Positions 18,692-28,048 of a stretch of DNA of 64,000 bases are shown in pieces. Location of the stretch: the NCBI GenBank assembly GCA_040755455.1, contig JBFMAY010000005.1, positions 32,001-96,000 of the forward strand, written 5' to 3'. The first letter of the stretch is position 1, and each line of letters opens with the position of its first letter. The notes beneath the pieces were generated by a model. The model ran no database searches and was not told the origin of the DNA. It saw nothing but the letters and a program-made list of their open reading frames with translations. The position numbers and the translations under genes were made by a program. This DNA comes from Thermodesulfobacteriota bacterium. Its GTDB lineage: Bacteria > Desulfobacterota > Desulfobulbia > Desulfobulbales > SURF-16.

Positions 18692-18945
18692 TCGGGAATT
18701 GATAGTAGCTCAAAACCCGATCTGACCATTTTCAAAAGTAGATTTACTGATTTGACACTATCAGGAACCTCATTTTGTGCTTTTTGCTCTAACCCCCTTT
18801 TTTCTCATTAAAATCTGCAGATATTGATCGACATTGCCGGCTGATTGGAATAATAAAAAAGACGTTCCCATAACGCTTGCGTGAATTTTCATGGGCAGCT
18901 TTTATCTTCCTGCGCTATGCCTTCTTTTTTTGCAGAGGGGGGAAA

Positions 18946-21081
18946 ATGTTAATATTACCCGATGATTTTGCCGACAACGATCTGATCGGCCATAAAGATT
19001 ATTGTGACGGGCTGGTTGAAATGATCCGCACGGTGGAATCCCGCCGCGGATCATTTACCATTGGCATTTATGGCCAATGGGGCTCGGGCAAGACCAGCAT
19101 GCTGAAACAGATCAAGAAGGCCCTGGATGATGGGCAATCCACGGAACCCCCGCCAATACTTACGGTCTGGTTTAATCCATGGCAATTCGTTGCGGAAGAA
19201 CATCTGATTATCCCGTTTTTTCATACCCTGATCGCCTCTCTGGAAAAACAACAGGCCAAAGAATCAATAACAGAAAAAATTGCGGAAAAGCTGTCCACTT
19301 TTGTAAAGAAGATTGCCCATGTCCCCCTGGCCCTGGTCTATGGCATGGAGGCGGAGCTGAAAATACCTTTCCTGCTGAAAACAAAATTTTCTTGCGACAA
19401 GGCCATGAATTACCAGCAGAAAAAGGAGACTGCCATTGCCGGGGAAAGCGCCAGAGAAAATGACACCGCCATGCAGGCCGCGGCCCGGGATTACGAGAGC
19501 ACCTACTACAATCTGCTGCAGATTCTCCAGGACGCCGCCGCCGGTCTGGAGGTGAAGATTGCCGTCTTCATTGATGACCTGGACCGCTGTCTGCCGGAAA
19601 AGGCCGTCCAGCTCCTGGAAGGCCTGAAGGTGCTGCTGGATTTGCCGAATTTCGTCTTTGTCATGGGGGTGGCCCAGGAGGTCATCGAGCGGGGCATCCG
19701 GGTGCGTTACCGGGATCTCTACCTCACCGGCCAGCGGGATGACCTGCCCAATATTGAAGGGCAATATCTCGATAAAATCATCCAGTTCCCCTTCACCCTG
19801 CCTGCCGCCGACCCGGAGGCCTTGCAGCAAAACATCCTGGGCGAGCAACTGCAACATCTGGAAGGCGCCGGGCCATTTGTCCCTATGATCCATGAGGCCC
19901 TGGGCAACAACCCGAGGACCATCAAACGGTTCATCAACGCCGTTTCCTTTTCCCTGCACCTTGCCCGCAAAAAATCAGCACAGGACTTTCATCCCGAACT
20001 GTTGATCAAGACAAGTCTCATCGGCTATCTTTTTCCCTTGCTCTACCGGCAACTGGAACAATATCCAAGCCATCTGGTGCGGCTGGAAAAAATCATCCGG
20101 GAAACCGAGGAGGAAAGAGACAGGAAAAAAAATGCGCCGGGGGAGGGATTTCTTGAAGGCCAGGGCCATCAGGTGCAAAAGACTGATCTGCCCATCATCG
20201 ACCAGTGGCTGGAGGATGACAAAATCAGTAAGCTGCTGCCGGTTTTAAAAATCCGGGCATCTGCCGGGGAAACCGGCTTTAATGACCCGCAAACGGTAAA
20301 AAAGTATGTCCGCTTGCTGGCCACTTCCCTGCAGTCGGAAGTCACCGCCAAGGCCAGGGACTCCCGGACAGCAAATAAATCGCTTCCTGAGCAGATGCGG
20401 GACCGCATGGTTCTCATCAAGGGTGGGGAATTTCAAATGGGTGATGAGGAAACCGGCCGGGTGCTCGTGACGTTAAGCCCCTTCCTGATGGATAAATATC
20501 CGGTCACCCAGGCCCTCTATGAGCAGGTCATGAACAAGAACCCCAGCCGTTTCAAAGGGGAAGATCGGCCGGTGGAGACGGTGAGCTGGTTTGACGCCGT
20601 GGAGTTCTGCAATGAACTCTCCCGCCAGACCGGCCTGGAGCCGGCCTACGGGATGGCCGGTGAGCAGGTGACAAGAAAGCTCAAGGCAAACGGCTACCGG
20701 CTGCCCACCGAGGCGGAGTGGGAGTATGCCTGCCGGGCCGGGACCACGGACGACCGCTATGGCGAGCTGGATGACATTGCCTGGTATGATGAGAATTCAG
20801 GGGGGGAGAGCCACGGGGTCGGGCAGAAGCAGGCCAACGGTTTCGGCCTCTATGACATGCTGGGCAATGTCTGGGAGTGGTGCCAGGACTGGTATGGCGG
20901 CTACCCCAGGGAACCGGTGACTGATCCCGCTGGTGCTGGACAGGGCTCATACCGCGTGTTTCGCGGCGGCTGCTGGTACGGCAATGCCAGGTTCGTGCGC
21001 GCGGCGATCCGCTACTGGTTTACGCCGGACGACCGCAGCGACTTCCTGGGCTTCCGGCTTGTCCTGCCCCCAGGTCAGTGA
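18946..21081 (+). CDS. KAP-family P-loop NTPase fused to FGE-sulfatase (CLec-fold) domain; putative DGR target
   Basis: Walker A GQWGSGKT, Walker B FIDDLDRC, YLDKIIQFPF, NPRTIKRFIN; from about 20407 MVLIKGGEFQMG, RLPTEAEWEYACRAG, GLYDMLGNVWEWC, RGGCW, GFRLV. Confidence 0.9.
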   Translation: MLILPDDFADNDLIGHKDYCDGLVEMIRTVESRRGSFTIGIYGQWGSGKTSMLKQIKKALDDGQSTEPPPILTVWFNPWQFVAEEHLIIPFFHTLIASLEKQQAKESITEKIAEKLSTFVKKIAHVPLALVYGMEAELKIPFLLKTKFSCDKAMNYQQKKETAIAGESARENDTAMQAAARDYESTYYNLLQILQDAAAGLEVKIAVFIDDLDRCLPEKAVQLLEGLKVLLDLPNFVFVMGVAQEVIERGIRVRYRDLYLTGQRDDLPNIEGQYLDKIIQFPFTLPAADPEALQQNILGEQLQHLEGAGPFVPMIHEALGNNPRTIKRFINAVSFSLHLARKKSAQDFHPELLIKTSLIGYLFPLLYRQLEQYPSHLVRLEKIIRETEEERDRKKNAPGEGFLEGQGHQVQKTDLPIIDQWLEDDKISKLLPVLKIRASAGETGFNDPQTVKKYVRLLATSLQSEVTAKARDSRTANKSLPEQMRDRMVLIKGGEFQMGDEETGRVLVTLSPFLMDKYPVTQALYEQVMNKNPSRFKGEDRPVETVSWFDAVEFCNELSRQTGLEPAYGMAGEQVTRKLKANGYRLPTEAEWEYACRAGTTDDRYGELDDIAWYDENSGGESHGVGQKQANGFGLYDMLGNVWEWCQDWYGGYPREPVTDPAGAGQGSYRVFRGGCWYGNARFVRAAIRYWFTPDDRSDFLGFRLVLPPGQ

Positions 21082-21111
21082 GCCCGGCCAAGGAAGCGGA
21101 GCGCTCGCGCT
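20944..21111 (+). other. Putative DGR variable region with downstream GC-rich/palindromic element
   Basis: Invariant scaffold codons alternate with NNY codons at the positions where DGR templates carry AAY; imperfect palindrome AGCGGAGCGCTCGCGCT at 21095-21111. No TR was found in the window. Confidence 0.55.
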
Positions 21112-21287
21112 ATTTCCCATAGGCCTTTTCCTGCGGACCAAGTAAAACAAACTTGATCGTTTAATCCGGCCTGTTTTGGCAATCCAGGCATCCGGCCGCC
21201 ACATCATCGGCTTTCTTCCTGCACGCCCCGCAAAAAAAGATGAGCAAGGAAGAAAAGCCCAGCCAGGGCGGACAATTCCCGGCTGGA

Positions 21288-22526
21288 TCATTGCCTGCAT
21301 GGCGGCGGTGCGGCAAAGCGCTGTCTGATGGTGGCGATATCTCTTTTCCTGGCCAGAAAAAGATCCACCAGCTCCGGGTCAAACTGCGAACCCTTGCCCT
21401 TTTCCACCTCGGAAAAGGCCTGGTCCGCATCCCAGGCATTTTTGTAGGGACGCTCGGAGGTCAGGGCGTCAAAGACGTCGCAGATGGCGGCTATTCGGCC
21501 GGCCAAGGGGATTTCTTCCCGGCACAGGCCCCCTGGGTAGCCGGTGCCGTCCCACCGTTCATGGTGGGTGAGGGCGATGCCCTTGGCCATTTGCAGCAGC
21601 GGTGAGTCATTGCCCGAGAGGAGTTTGGCGCCGATGATGCTGTGGTTTTTCATGATGGCGAATTCCTGTTCGGTGAGTCGGCCCGGTTTGTGGAGAATGG
21701 CCTCGGCGATGCCCAGTTTACCCACGTCATGCATGGCCGTGGCATGGAAAATCAGCTGCCGCTCCTCTTCGCTCAGGCCAGCCGCCTCGGACAGGATATC
21801 GCAGTAATGGCTCATCTTGGTGATGTGCGGTCCGGTACAGCTGTCCCGGAACTGGGCGGCCTGGGCCAGGCGGTAGATCATTTCCAGCTGCATTCTCCAC
21901 AGCTCCTTGGTCTGCTGTTCGATCTTTCGTTCAAGTTCCCTATGCCGGCTGCGCAGCAGCTCTTTTTCCTGCTGCTCCTGTTCCTCGGCAGCCATCTCCA
22001 TGGTGACATCGGTCAGGGAACCGAAGGAGAGACAGATGTGGTCCCCGGGAAAAGATTCCACCACGGCCTGATCCTTCAGCCAGATGGCCGGCCGGTCTTT
22101 TAACGATATCTTGTAAACAGCTTCCATGGCGCCCCTGCTTTTCCCCTCATGGCGCAATTGCTCCTGGATGTGCTCCAGGTCTTTGTGATCGATGATCTTC
22201 TTGCTGATTTTTCCGCTGTCGGAACCGTAATGGTAGGTGAGACGCTGCAGGACGCTGCCCCTGAAGATCTCCGCCACTTCGCATGGCTGGCAGCCGAGGA
22301 GCTGCAGCAGACGGCTGCCGGCAAACTCATACCAGATGGATTTGCCGGAGTTTTCCCGCCAGGCGGAAATGTATGGGATGGAAGGATTGGCGTTGACGCT
22401 GAAACTGCGGAAGAGACTGATGGCATCGGCAACCCGTTTTTTGAGTTCGTTGCTGAACTCGCCTTTGAGGATGCGGCCACAGTAATCACGATCGAAAATC
22501 CAGTTGGAATCCTGCTGATTGCTCAT
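21288..22526 (-). CDS. HD-GYP domain cyclic-dinucleotide phosphodiesterase with N-terminal PAS-like region
   Basis: MHDVGK, HHERWDGTGYP, ICDVFDALTSERPYK. Start is 22526 or the GTG at 22535. Confidence 0.9.
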   Translation of the reverse strand: MSNQQDSNWIFDRDYCGRILKGEFSNELKKRVADAISLFRSFSVNANPSIPYISAWRENSGKSIWYEFAGSRLLQLLGCQPCEVAEIFRGSVLQRLTYHYGSDSGKISKKIIDHKDLEHIQEQLRHEGKSRGAMEAVYKISLKDRPAIWLKDQAVVESFPGDHICLSFGSLTDVTMEMAAEEQEQQEKELLRSRHRELERKIEQQTKELWRMQLEMIYRLAQAAQFRDSCTGPHITKMSHYCDILSEAAGLSEEERQLIFHATAMHDVGKLGIAEAILHKPGRLTEQEFAIMKNHSIIGAKLLSGNDSPLLQMAKGIALTHHERWDGTGYPGGLCREEIPLAGRIAAICDVFDALTSERPYKNAWDADQAFSEVEKGKGSQFDPELVDLFLARKRDIATIRQRFAAPPPCRQ

Positions 22527-22558
22527 CTGGTTCACCTCATCGTCAAATTGTTATGTAA

Positions 22559-22589
22559 ATTATAGCAGCCGGTTTTGGCCGGATGTCAA
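22559..22589 (-). promoter_or_regulatory. sigma70-type promoter (TTGACA-19 bp-TATAAT, extended TG) for the HD-GYP gene
   Basis: Minus strand reads TTGACA tccggccaaaaccggcTGc TATAAT. Confidence 0.65.
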
Positions 22590-22760
22590 GAAAATAAGAA
22601 GTTACAGGCAAATAAGTTGAGATTCCCGGAGCTGTGAGGTCTTTTTTATCTTGTGTTGGGAGTAAATGTGGTTTAATATATCAAATTTTTTGGTGGATTT
22701 TCCGGGGACAGTTTCGTCCCTGCAGGGATCGGCCATAAGAACATTTGAGTAAAAGCGGAT

Positions 22761-24551
22761 ATGGATCAGACAAAAATCAGGAATGTGGCAATCATCGCCC
22801 ATGTTGACCATGGCAAGACAACTCTGGTGGATCAGCTGTTCAGGCAGAGCGGCATGTTCCGCTCAAACCAGGCGGTTACAGAACGTCTCATGGATTCCAT
22901 GGATCTGGAGCGGGAACGAGGCATCACCATCGCCTCCAAGAATGGATCATATAAGTATAAGGATTACTGGATCAATATCATCGACACCCCGGGCCATGCC
23001 GACTTCGGCGGTCAGGTTGAGCGGGTGCTGCGCATGGCGGACGGCTGTCTCCTGCTGGTGGATGCCCAGGAAGGCCCCATGCCCCAGACCTATTTCGTGC
23101 TGAAAAAGGCGCTGGCCAATTCGCTGCCGATTATTGTGGTCATCAATAAGATCGACAAGCCGGCAGCCCGCTGCGAGTGGGCCGTTGATCAGGTTTTTGA
23201 TCTCTTTGTCAAGCTCAATGCGCCTGATGAACTGCTTGAGTTTCCCGTGGTCTATGCCTCGGCCAAGCAGGGCTATGCGCTGCGCGCCCTTGATGAAAAA
23301 AACAGCAACATGGATCCCATTTCGGCAATGATCGTTTCCGCCATCCCGGCTCCCACCGGCAGCAGCGACGCCCCGCTGCAGATGCAGGTCAACACCATCG
23401 ATTACTCGCCGTATCTGGGCAGGCTCGGCATCGGCAAGGTGGTGAACGGCACCCTGAAAATCAACAAGGATATTGCCGTGGCCCGCCGGGACGGCTCCAT
23501 TTCCCCCATCAGGATTTCCAAGATTTTCCGTTTCGAGGCCAATGAAAAAATCGCCGTTTCCGAGGCCACCACCGGTGAAATCGTTGCCGTGGCGGGCATG
23601 GATGACGTGACCGTCGGCGTGACCTTTACCGACCCGCTTAATCCCCAGCCCCTGCCGCTGATCGAGATCGATCCGCCCACCCTGTCCATGAACTTTGTGC
23701 CCAATGATTCACCTTTTGCCGGCAGGGAGGGGAAGTATGTCACCTCACGGCACATTGAGGAACGTCTGGCCCGGGAGACCCTGTCCGATGTGGCGCTGCA
23801 TGTGCAGCCCTTGACTGAGGGCGTCGGATACAAGGTTTCCGGCCGGGGCGAGCTGCACCTTTCCATCCTCATTGAGAAAATGCGGCGGGAAGGTTACGAG
23901 TTCCAGGTCACCAGGCCCCAGGTCATCATGAAGGAGGAAAACGGCAAACAGCTTGAGCCCTATGAGGAGCTGACCATTGATGTGGATGAGCAGTATCAGG
24001 GGGTGGTGATTGAAAAACTTGGCAAGCTGAAGGGCCAGATGCTGGAAATGCGCAACGAGAACAACATGGCCAAGCTGATTTACAAAATCCCCACCCGGGG
24101 GTTGCTCGGCTTCCGTTCCCAGTTCATGACCGACACCAAGGGCATGGGCATCATGAACTATGTCTTTGCCGAATACGGCCCGTACGCCGGCGATATCACC
24201 AATCGGGTCAACGGGGTTTTGATCGTCAAGGAGCCATGCACCACGGTGGCCTATGCGCTGTTTAATCTGCAGGAAAGGGGGCGGATTTTCCTCGGCCCTG
24301 GCGTTGATGTCTATGCCGGGCAGATCATCGGCGAAAATACCCGGCCCGCGGATATGGTGGTCAACCCGGCCAAGGGTAAGAAGCTGACCAATATGCGCGC
24401 CTCGGGCTCCGATGAGGCGGTCATTCTCACCCCGCCCAGGCTGATGAGCCTGGAAGACTGCATTGCCTACATCAACGACGATGAACTGGTGGAGGTGACC
24501 CCCGCTTCCATCCGTCTGCGCAAACGCAAGAACGGCAACTTTAAGCCGTAA
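22761..24551 (+). CDS. typA: Translational GTPase TypA/BipA
   Basis: IIAHVDHGKTT, ERERGITI, DTPGHADFGG, NKID, GRGELHL, KKLTNMRASGSD. Confidence 0.97.
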   Translation: MDQTKIRNVAIIAHVDHGKTTLVDQLFRQSGMFRSNQAVTERLMDSMDLERERGITIASKNGSYKYKDYWINIIDTPGHADFGGQVERVLRMADGCLLLVDAQEGPMPQTYFVLKKALANSLPIIVVINKIDKPAARCEWAVDQVFDLFVKLNAPDELLEFPVVYASAKQGYALRALDEKNSNMDPISAMIVSAIPAPTGSSDAPLQMQVNTIDYSPYLGRLGIGKVVNGTLKINKDIAVARRDGSISPIRISKIFRFEANEKIAVSEATTGEIVAVAGMDDVTVGVTFTDPLNPQPLPLIEIDPPTLSMNFVPNDSPFAGREGKYVTSRHIEERLARETLSDVALHVQPLTEGVGYKVSGRGELHLSILIEKMRREGYEFQVTRPQVIMKEENGKQLEPYEELTIDVDEQYQGVVIEKLGKLKGQMLEMRNENNMAKLIYKIPTRGLLGFRSQFMTDTKGMGIMNYVFAEYGPYAGDITNRVNGVLIVKEPCTTVAYALFNLQERGRIFLGPGVDVYAGQIIGENTRPADMVVNPAKGKKLTNMRASGSDEAVILTPPRLMSLEDCIAYINDDELVEVTPASIRLRKRKNGNFKP

Positions 24552-24578
24552 GAACCCTGGCATTTCAGCACAACCACC

Positions 24579-24610
24579 AAAACGACCCTGGCAGCAGGGT
24601 CGTTTTTTTT
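24579..24610. terminator. Intrinsic terminator, probably bidirectional
   Basis: AAAACGACCCTG-gcag-CAGGGTCGTTTTTTTT between convergent genes. Confidence 0.85.
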
Positions 24611-24680
24611 GGAGGAGCGGGTAGGAGGGGAGAGGCGGTGCAAGGGCATGGAGGATGATTTCATGCCTGCCAGGGATTTT

Positions 24681-26003
24681 TCAGGCCGGTGGGGTCATGC
24701 CCTTGTTCTCAAAGTTTACCTCCAGGGCCTGCTGGCGGAGAACGAGGATTTTATCAATGATGGCATTGATTTCTTTATCCTTAAACTCGGTCTTGTCGGC
24801 CTGCTCTCCCTGTATATCCTTGAAAAAATGAGCAATTTTCAATTCACCTGTCGGTTTTGCCGGGACAAAAAGCTCCTTTTCCTCAGTGCTGACCGGTAGG
24901 ATTTTGCCTATTGCCAGCAGCCGGGCCAGGGCGTTTCTGACGAAACTTTCGGACAGGCCCAGCCGGTTGCTGATGGTGGCTGGGCCGGACGGGCCATCGC
25001 CTCTGTCGAAAGCCCGGCAGATGGCAAGCAGCACGGCCAGGCATATTTTTTCCCTGCTGGCAAAGCTGATGTTTGTTTCAAATTCAAGGGGATGGAATTT
25101 ACCCGCGTTCTGGCAGGCGAAATTGATGATCCCGCCGAACAGCACGAGAAGCCAGGTCGTCTGCAGCCAGATCATGAAGATCGGCACTGAGGCGAAGGTG
25201 CCGTAAATGGCGTTGTATTTGGCCACCCCGATCTGAAATTTGATAAAGATGATCTGGGTTAGCTGCCAGAGGCAGCCGGTGATGGTGCCCGCCAGCAGGG
25301 CCGGGTAAAAGCGGACCGTGGTGTTCGGCATGATGATATAGAGCAGGGTCAGAATGAGAATGCTTGTTACCCAGGGCAGACTCAGGAAAAAGAGTTTCAT
25401 GGCCCCGGCGAACAGACCGATTTCCAGCAGTTTCTGGGTAAAGGCATGACTGCGCAGCGTGGTGGAAAGCCCCAGGGTTACCGCCAGCAGCAGCGGACCG
25501 ATGATGAGGATGGAAAGATAGTCGCTTGCTTTTCTGATGAAGGTGCGCGGTTTTCTGATGGACCAGATCTGATTGAACGAGTCTTCAATCTGGCCAAGCA
25601 TGGATATCGCCGTATAGGCAATAAACAAGAGGCCGATGGAGCCGAGGGCCGTTACATTGGTATTGTTGACATATTCGATGATTTTGGGGATCAGGTCGGC
25701 GGCGATTTCACCGCCAACAGCCTTTTCCAGCAGTAAAGGCTCGATCTTGTCCTGGATGCCGAAGCCCTTGGCAATGGAAAAAATCATGGCCAGCATGGGA
25801 ACGAGGGAGAGAAGGAAGGTAAAGGAAAGGGCCGAGGCATGGTTGACCAGCTGTTTGTTGAACGGGGCCCGGGCGGCAATGAGGCAGATTTTGACGATAC
25901 GGACCATGGGCCGTTTTGCCGGAGGCAGCTCAGATTCCCGCAGACTCCAGATTGAGCTGTGCTCAGGATGCAGTTGAAAAAGGTGTCGCATTGACGGTTT
26001 CAT
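24681..26003 (-). CDS. YihY/BrkB-family membrane protein with C-terminal wHTH-like region
   Basis: ASALSFTFLLSLVP, IEDSFNQIW, YNAIYGTFASVPIFMIWL, multiple TMs. Start is uncertain (about 26003). Confidence 0.88.
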   Translation of the reverse strand: MKPSMRHLFQLHPEHSSIWSLRESELPPAKRPMVRIVKICLIAARAPFNKQLVNHASALSFTFLLSLVPMLAMIFSIAKGFGIQDKIEPLLLEKAVGGEIAADLIPKIIEYVNNTNVTALGSIGLLFIAYTAISMLGQIEDSFNQIWSIRKPRTFIRKASDYLSILIIGPLLLAVTLGLSTTLRSHAFTQKLLEIGLFAGAMKLFFLSLPWVTSILILTLLYIIMPNTTVRFYPALLAGTITGCLWQLTQIIFIKFQIGVAKYNAIYGTFASVPIFMIWLQTTWLLVLFGGIINFACQNAGKFHPLEFETNISFASREKICLAVLLAICRAFDRGDGPSGPATISNRLGLSESFVRNALARLLAIGKILPVSTEEKELFVPAKPTGELKIAHFFKDIQGEQADKTEFKDKEINAIIDKILVLRQQALEVNFENKGMTPPA

Positions 26004-27213
26004 GGGATGTGGCATGCCCCTGGTCAGAATTCGCGGATCTGTCAGCGATTTTCTGCCCGAGCTGATTGATGAGATATTGCGAAACCTCGTTTTTGGAGGT
26101 GTGGTCCATCTCCAGGAATGAAACCCCGATTTCGTACTGGTCTGCGCCCACGAGTGCAATGCGGACCACTGTGCCAAGCAGCAGCACCGTCGCGTTGAAA
26201 TCTTCAAAGGGAATCTGCAGCTGAATCTTGTTGCCGACGGCAAAACAGGGGTTGTCGCTCCTGAAAAGGATGCCGGTCAGGCTCAGGTTTTTCGCCTGTG
26301 CCGAGAAAGATTCGGTGGCTTCGTCGATACTGATTTTTTTGACGAGAATCTCCGGAGAAAAATCAACCCTGATATAGCGGCGTTTATTGGGCGAGTATGC
26401 CTGGATATTATTTTTTCCCAGGGATTTGGCCTTGAGGAGAGCCATATCGGCAAACCTGACGAGTTCTGTCGCGTCGCTCGTGTCAATGGGAAAATTGGCA
26501 AGGCCGCCGCTTATGGTCAGAGGAATACTCTTGCCGGCATACTCCAGAGTAAGATGGGCAATGAGTTCCCTGATCCTTTCAGCTAGGATGAGGCCGGTTG
26601 CCTTTTTGGTTTCCGGCAGGATAATGACAATTTCCTCGCCGCCATAGCGGGAGGCGATGTCTTCCGAGCGTATCGCGTCCCTGATGGCCTGGGAGAGATC
26701 TTTTAAAACGAGGTCGCCGGCAAGATGGCCATGGTTGTCATTGACGGCCTTGAAGTTGTCGATGTCCAGAAATAAAACGGAAAGTTCCGTGCCATACCTC
26801 TTGGCCCGGGCGACTTCCCTGACCAGGGACTCATCAAAATAGGCGCGGTTGTAAAGGCCGGTAAGTCTGTCATATTTGGCGCTGTTGATCGTGTTTTCAA
26901 AGATATGAATTTCAACCACCTTGGGGTTTTTCAGCGATTTGTGGATGGAACAGAAATAATCGCAGATGGCGGTGCGCAGGTTGACATTGTGGCCGAGTTG
27001 GTTGCTCATCTCCCGCCGGTGCAGACAGATCTCCCGCCAGGAATCCTCTGCTTCCTGCCGGCTGAGTTCGAGATGGGTCAGGACGTGAAATATCACCGGG
27101 AAAGCCTGCTGGCCGAATTCGGCGGCGACATCATCAAGGGATGTTACGAGTTTTTCGTCGTTATTTGAGTAATTGTAAAGACACTGCAGTATTTTGTTGC
27201 GGATGAGTTGCAT
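25963..27213 (-). CDS. Diguanylate cyclase (GGEEI) with C-terminal PilZ domain
   Basis: DRLTGLYNR, RSED I-site, RYGGEEI; PilZ RRYIR...NLSLTG. Confidence 0.9.
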   Translation of the reverse strand: MQLIRNKILQCLYNYSNNDEKLVTSLDDVAAEFGQQAFPVIFHVLTHLELSRQEAEDSWREICLHRREMSNQLGHNVNLRTAICDYFCSIHKSLKNPKVVEIHIFENTINSAKYDRLTGLYNRAYFDESLVREVARAKRYGTELSVLFLDIDNFKAVNDNHGHLAGDLVLKDLSQAIRDAIRSEDIASRYGGEEIVIILPETKKATGLILAERIRELIAHLTLEYAGKSIPLTISGGLANFPIDTSDATELVRFADMALLKAKSLGKNNIQAYSPNKRRYIRVDFSPEILVKKISIDEATESFSAQAKNLSLTGILFRSDNPCFAVGNKIQLQIPFEDFNATVLLLGTVVRIALVGADQYEIGVSFLEMDHTSKNEVSQYLINQLGQKIADRSANSDQGHATSHETVNATPFSTAS

Positions 27214-27365
27214 AAGCGGAATCTTTCACCTCTGGTCAAGAGTCTGCGGGGAAATGCACTGGTAGTTATTCAGCAACAACATGACAAGCTTGAAACTCAT
27301 AGCAGAAGTACTATAATATACCTGTTGGCTATCGCCTTATAAAAAAATGAATTTTTTTAAAACAT

Positions 27366-27719
27366 ATGGAGAAATTTGAAGAAATAGCCCGGATTGCCGA
27401 ATGGCTCGCCTTGCCGCTGGTCTATTTCGTTCTGCTCGTGTTGTTTCTTTTTTTTGTTGTGCGTCCTTTTTTTTCCCACATTTTCAATGTGGACCGGATA
27501 AATGCTCTCAGGACTTTGCAGGAAGCTGGGAAAGAAATGGAAATGGCCCAGCAGACCGACATCGCCCGGGATGAACAGGGTGCGGCGGGAGATGACCAGC
27601 CGGCTGAGCCGGCCCCTGGCAACAGGGATGAGCAGCAGCTCATGAGCAGGCTTGCCGAAAGTGATCCTGAAAAGGCCGGCAGTCTTGTCAAGCAATGGCT
27701 CAGGAAGGACCGGAGTTGA
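27366..27719 (+). CDS. Small single-TM protein resembling the FliF C-terminal module
   Basis: One TM ending VVRPF, acidic linker, C-terminal LAESDPEKAGSLVKQWL; own promoter-like TTGAAA-16-TATAAT at 27290-27317. Confidence 0.7.
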   Translation: MEKFEEIARIAEWLALPLVYFVLLVLFLFFVVRPFFSHIFNVDRINALRTLQEAGKEMEMAQQTDIARDEQGAAGDDQPAEPAPGNRDEQQLMSRLAESDPEKAGSLVKQWLRKDRS

Positions 27720-27886
27720 GTGACTTTGCCATTGACGTTCTTCCATAAATAAATTTATATTTTTCGGATTTCATTATAACATTTTTCTTCTTGGGCAGAA
27801 GGCAATGCGGTATTTTGCCGTGTGCTCCATACTTCATCGTTGTTTCTGACCAGGCTTCATGAGAGCAAGGTTCCAAAAGGAGCTTA

Positions 27887-27989
27887 GGAGCCGTTACGAA
27901 ATAACGTGTACAATTCTGCCCGTTTCTTCACGGCTTCTTCTGCCGTTTTGGTTATCAGCATGACCAGGTTATTTTTTTTACAACGGCTT
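27887..27989. mobile_element. MITE-like element, copy 2 (inverted relative to copy 1)
   Basis: GGAGCCGTTACGAAATAAC left end (its 18-bp core is the exact reverse complement of 2295-2312); right end TGACCAGGTTATTTTTTTTACAACGGCTT matches the reverse complement of 2181-2210. Confidence 0.65.
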
Positions 27990-28048
27990 ATCGGCAGCGT
28001 GGGGATGGAGCTTGTTGAAACCATCCGCCGCTTGAACAGGTGCGCGCC

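Noticed and set aside
26004..26243. N-terminal extension of the YihY ORF given by the ORF track
   Set aside because: It lies inside the PilZ-coding part of the upstream gene in another frame and looks non-coding. The true start is likely about 26003.
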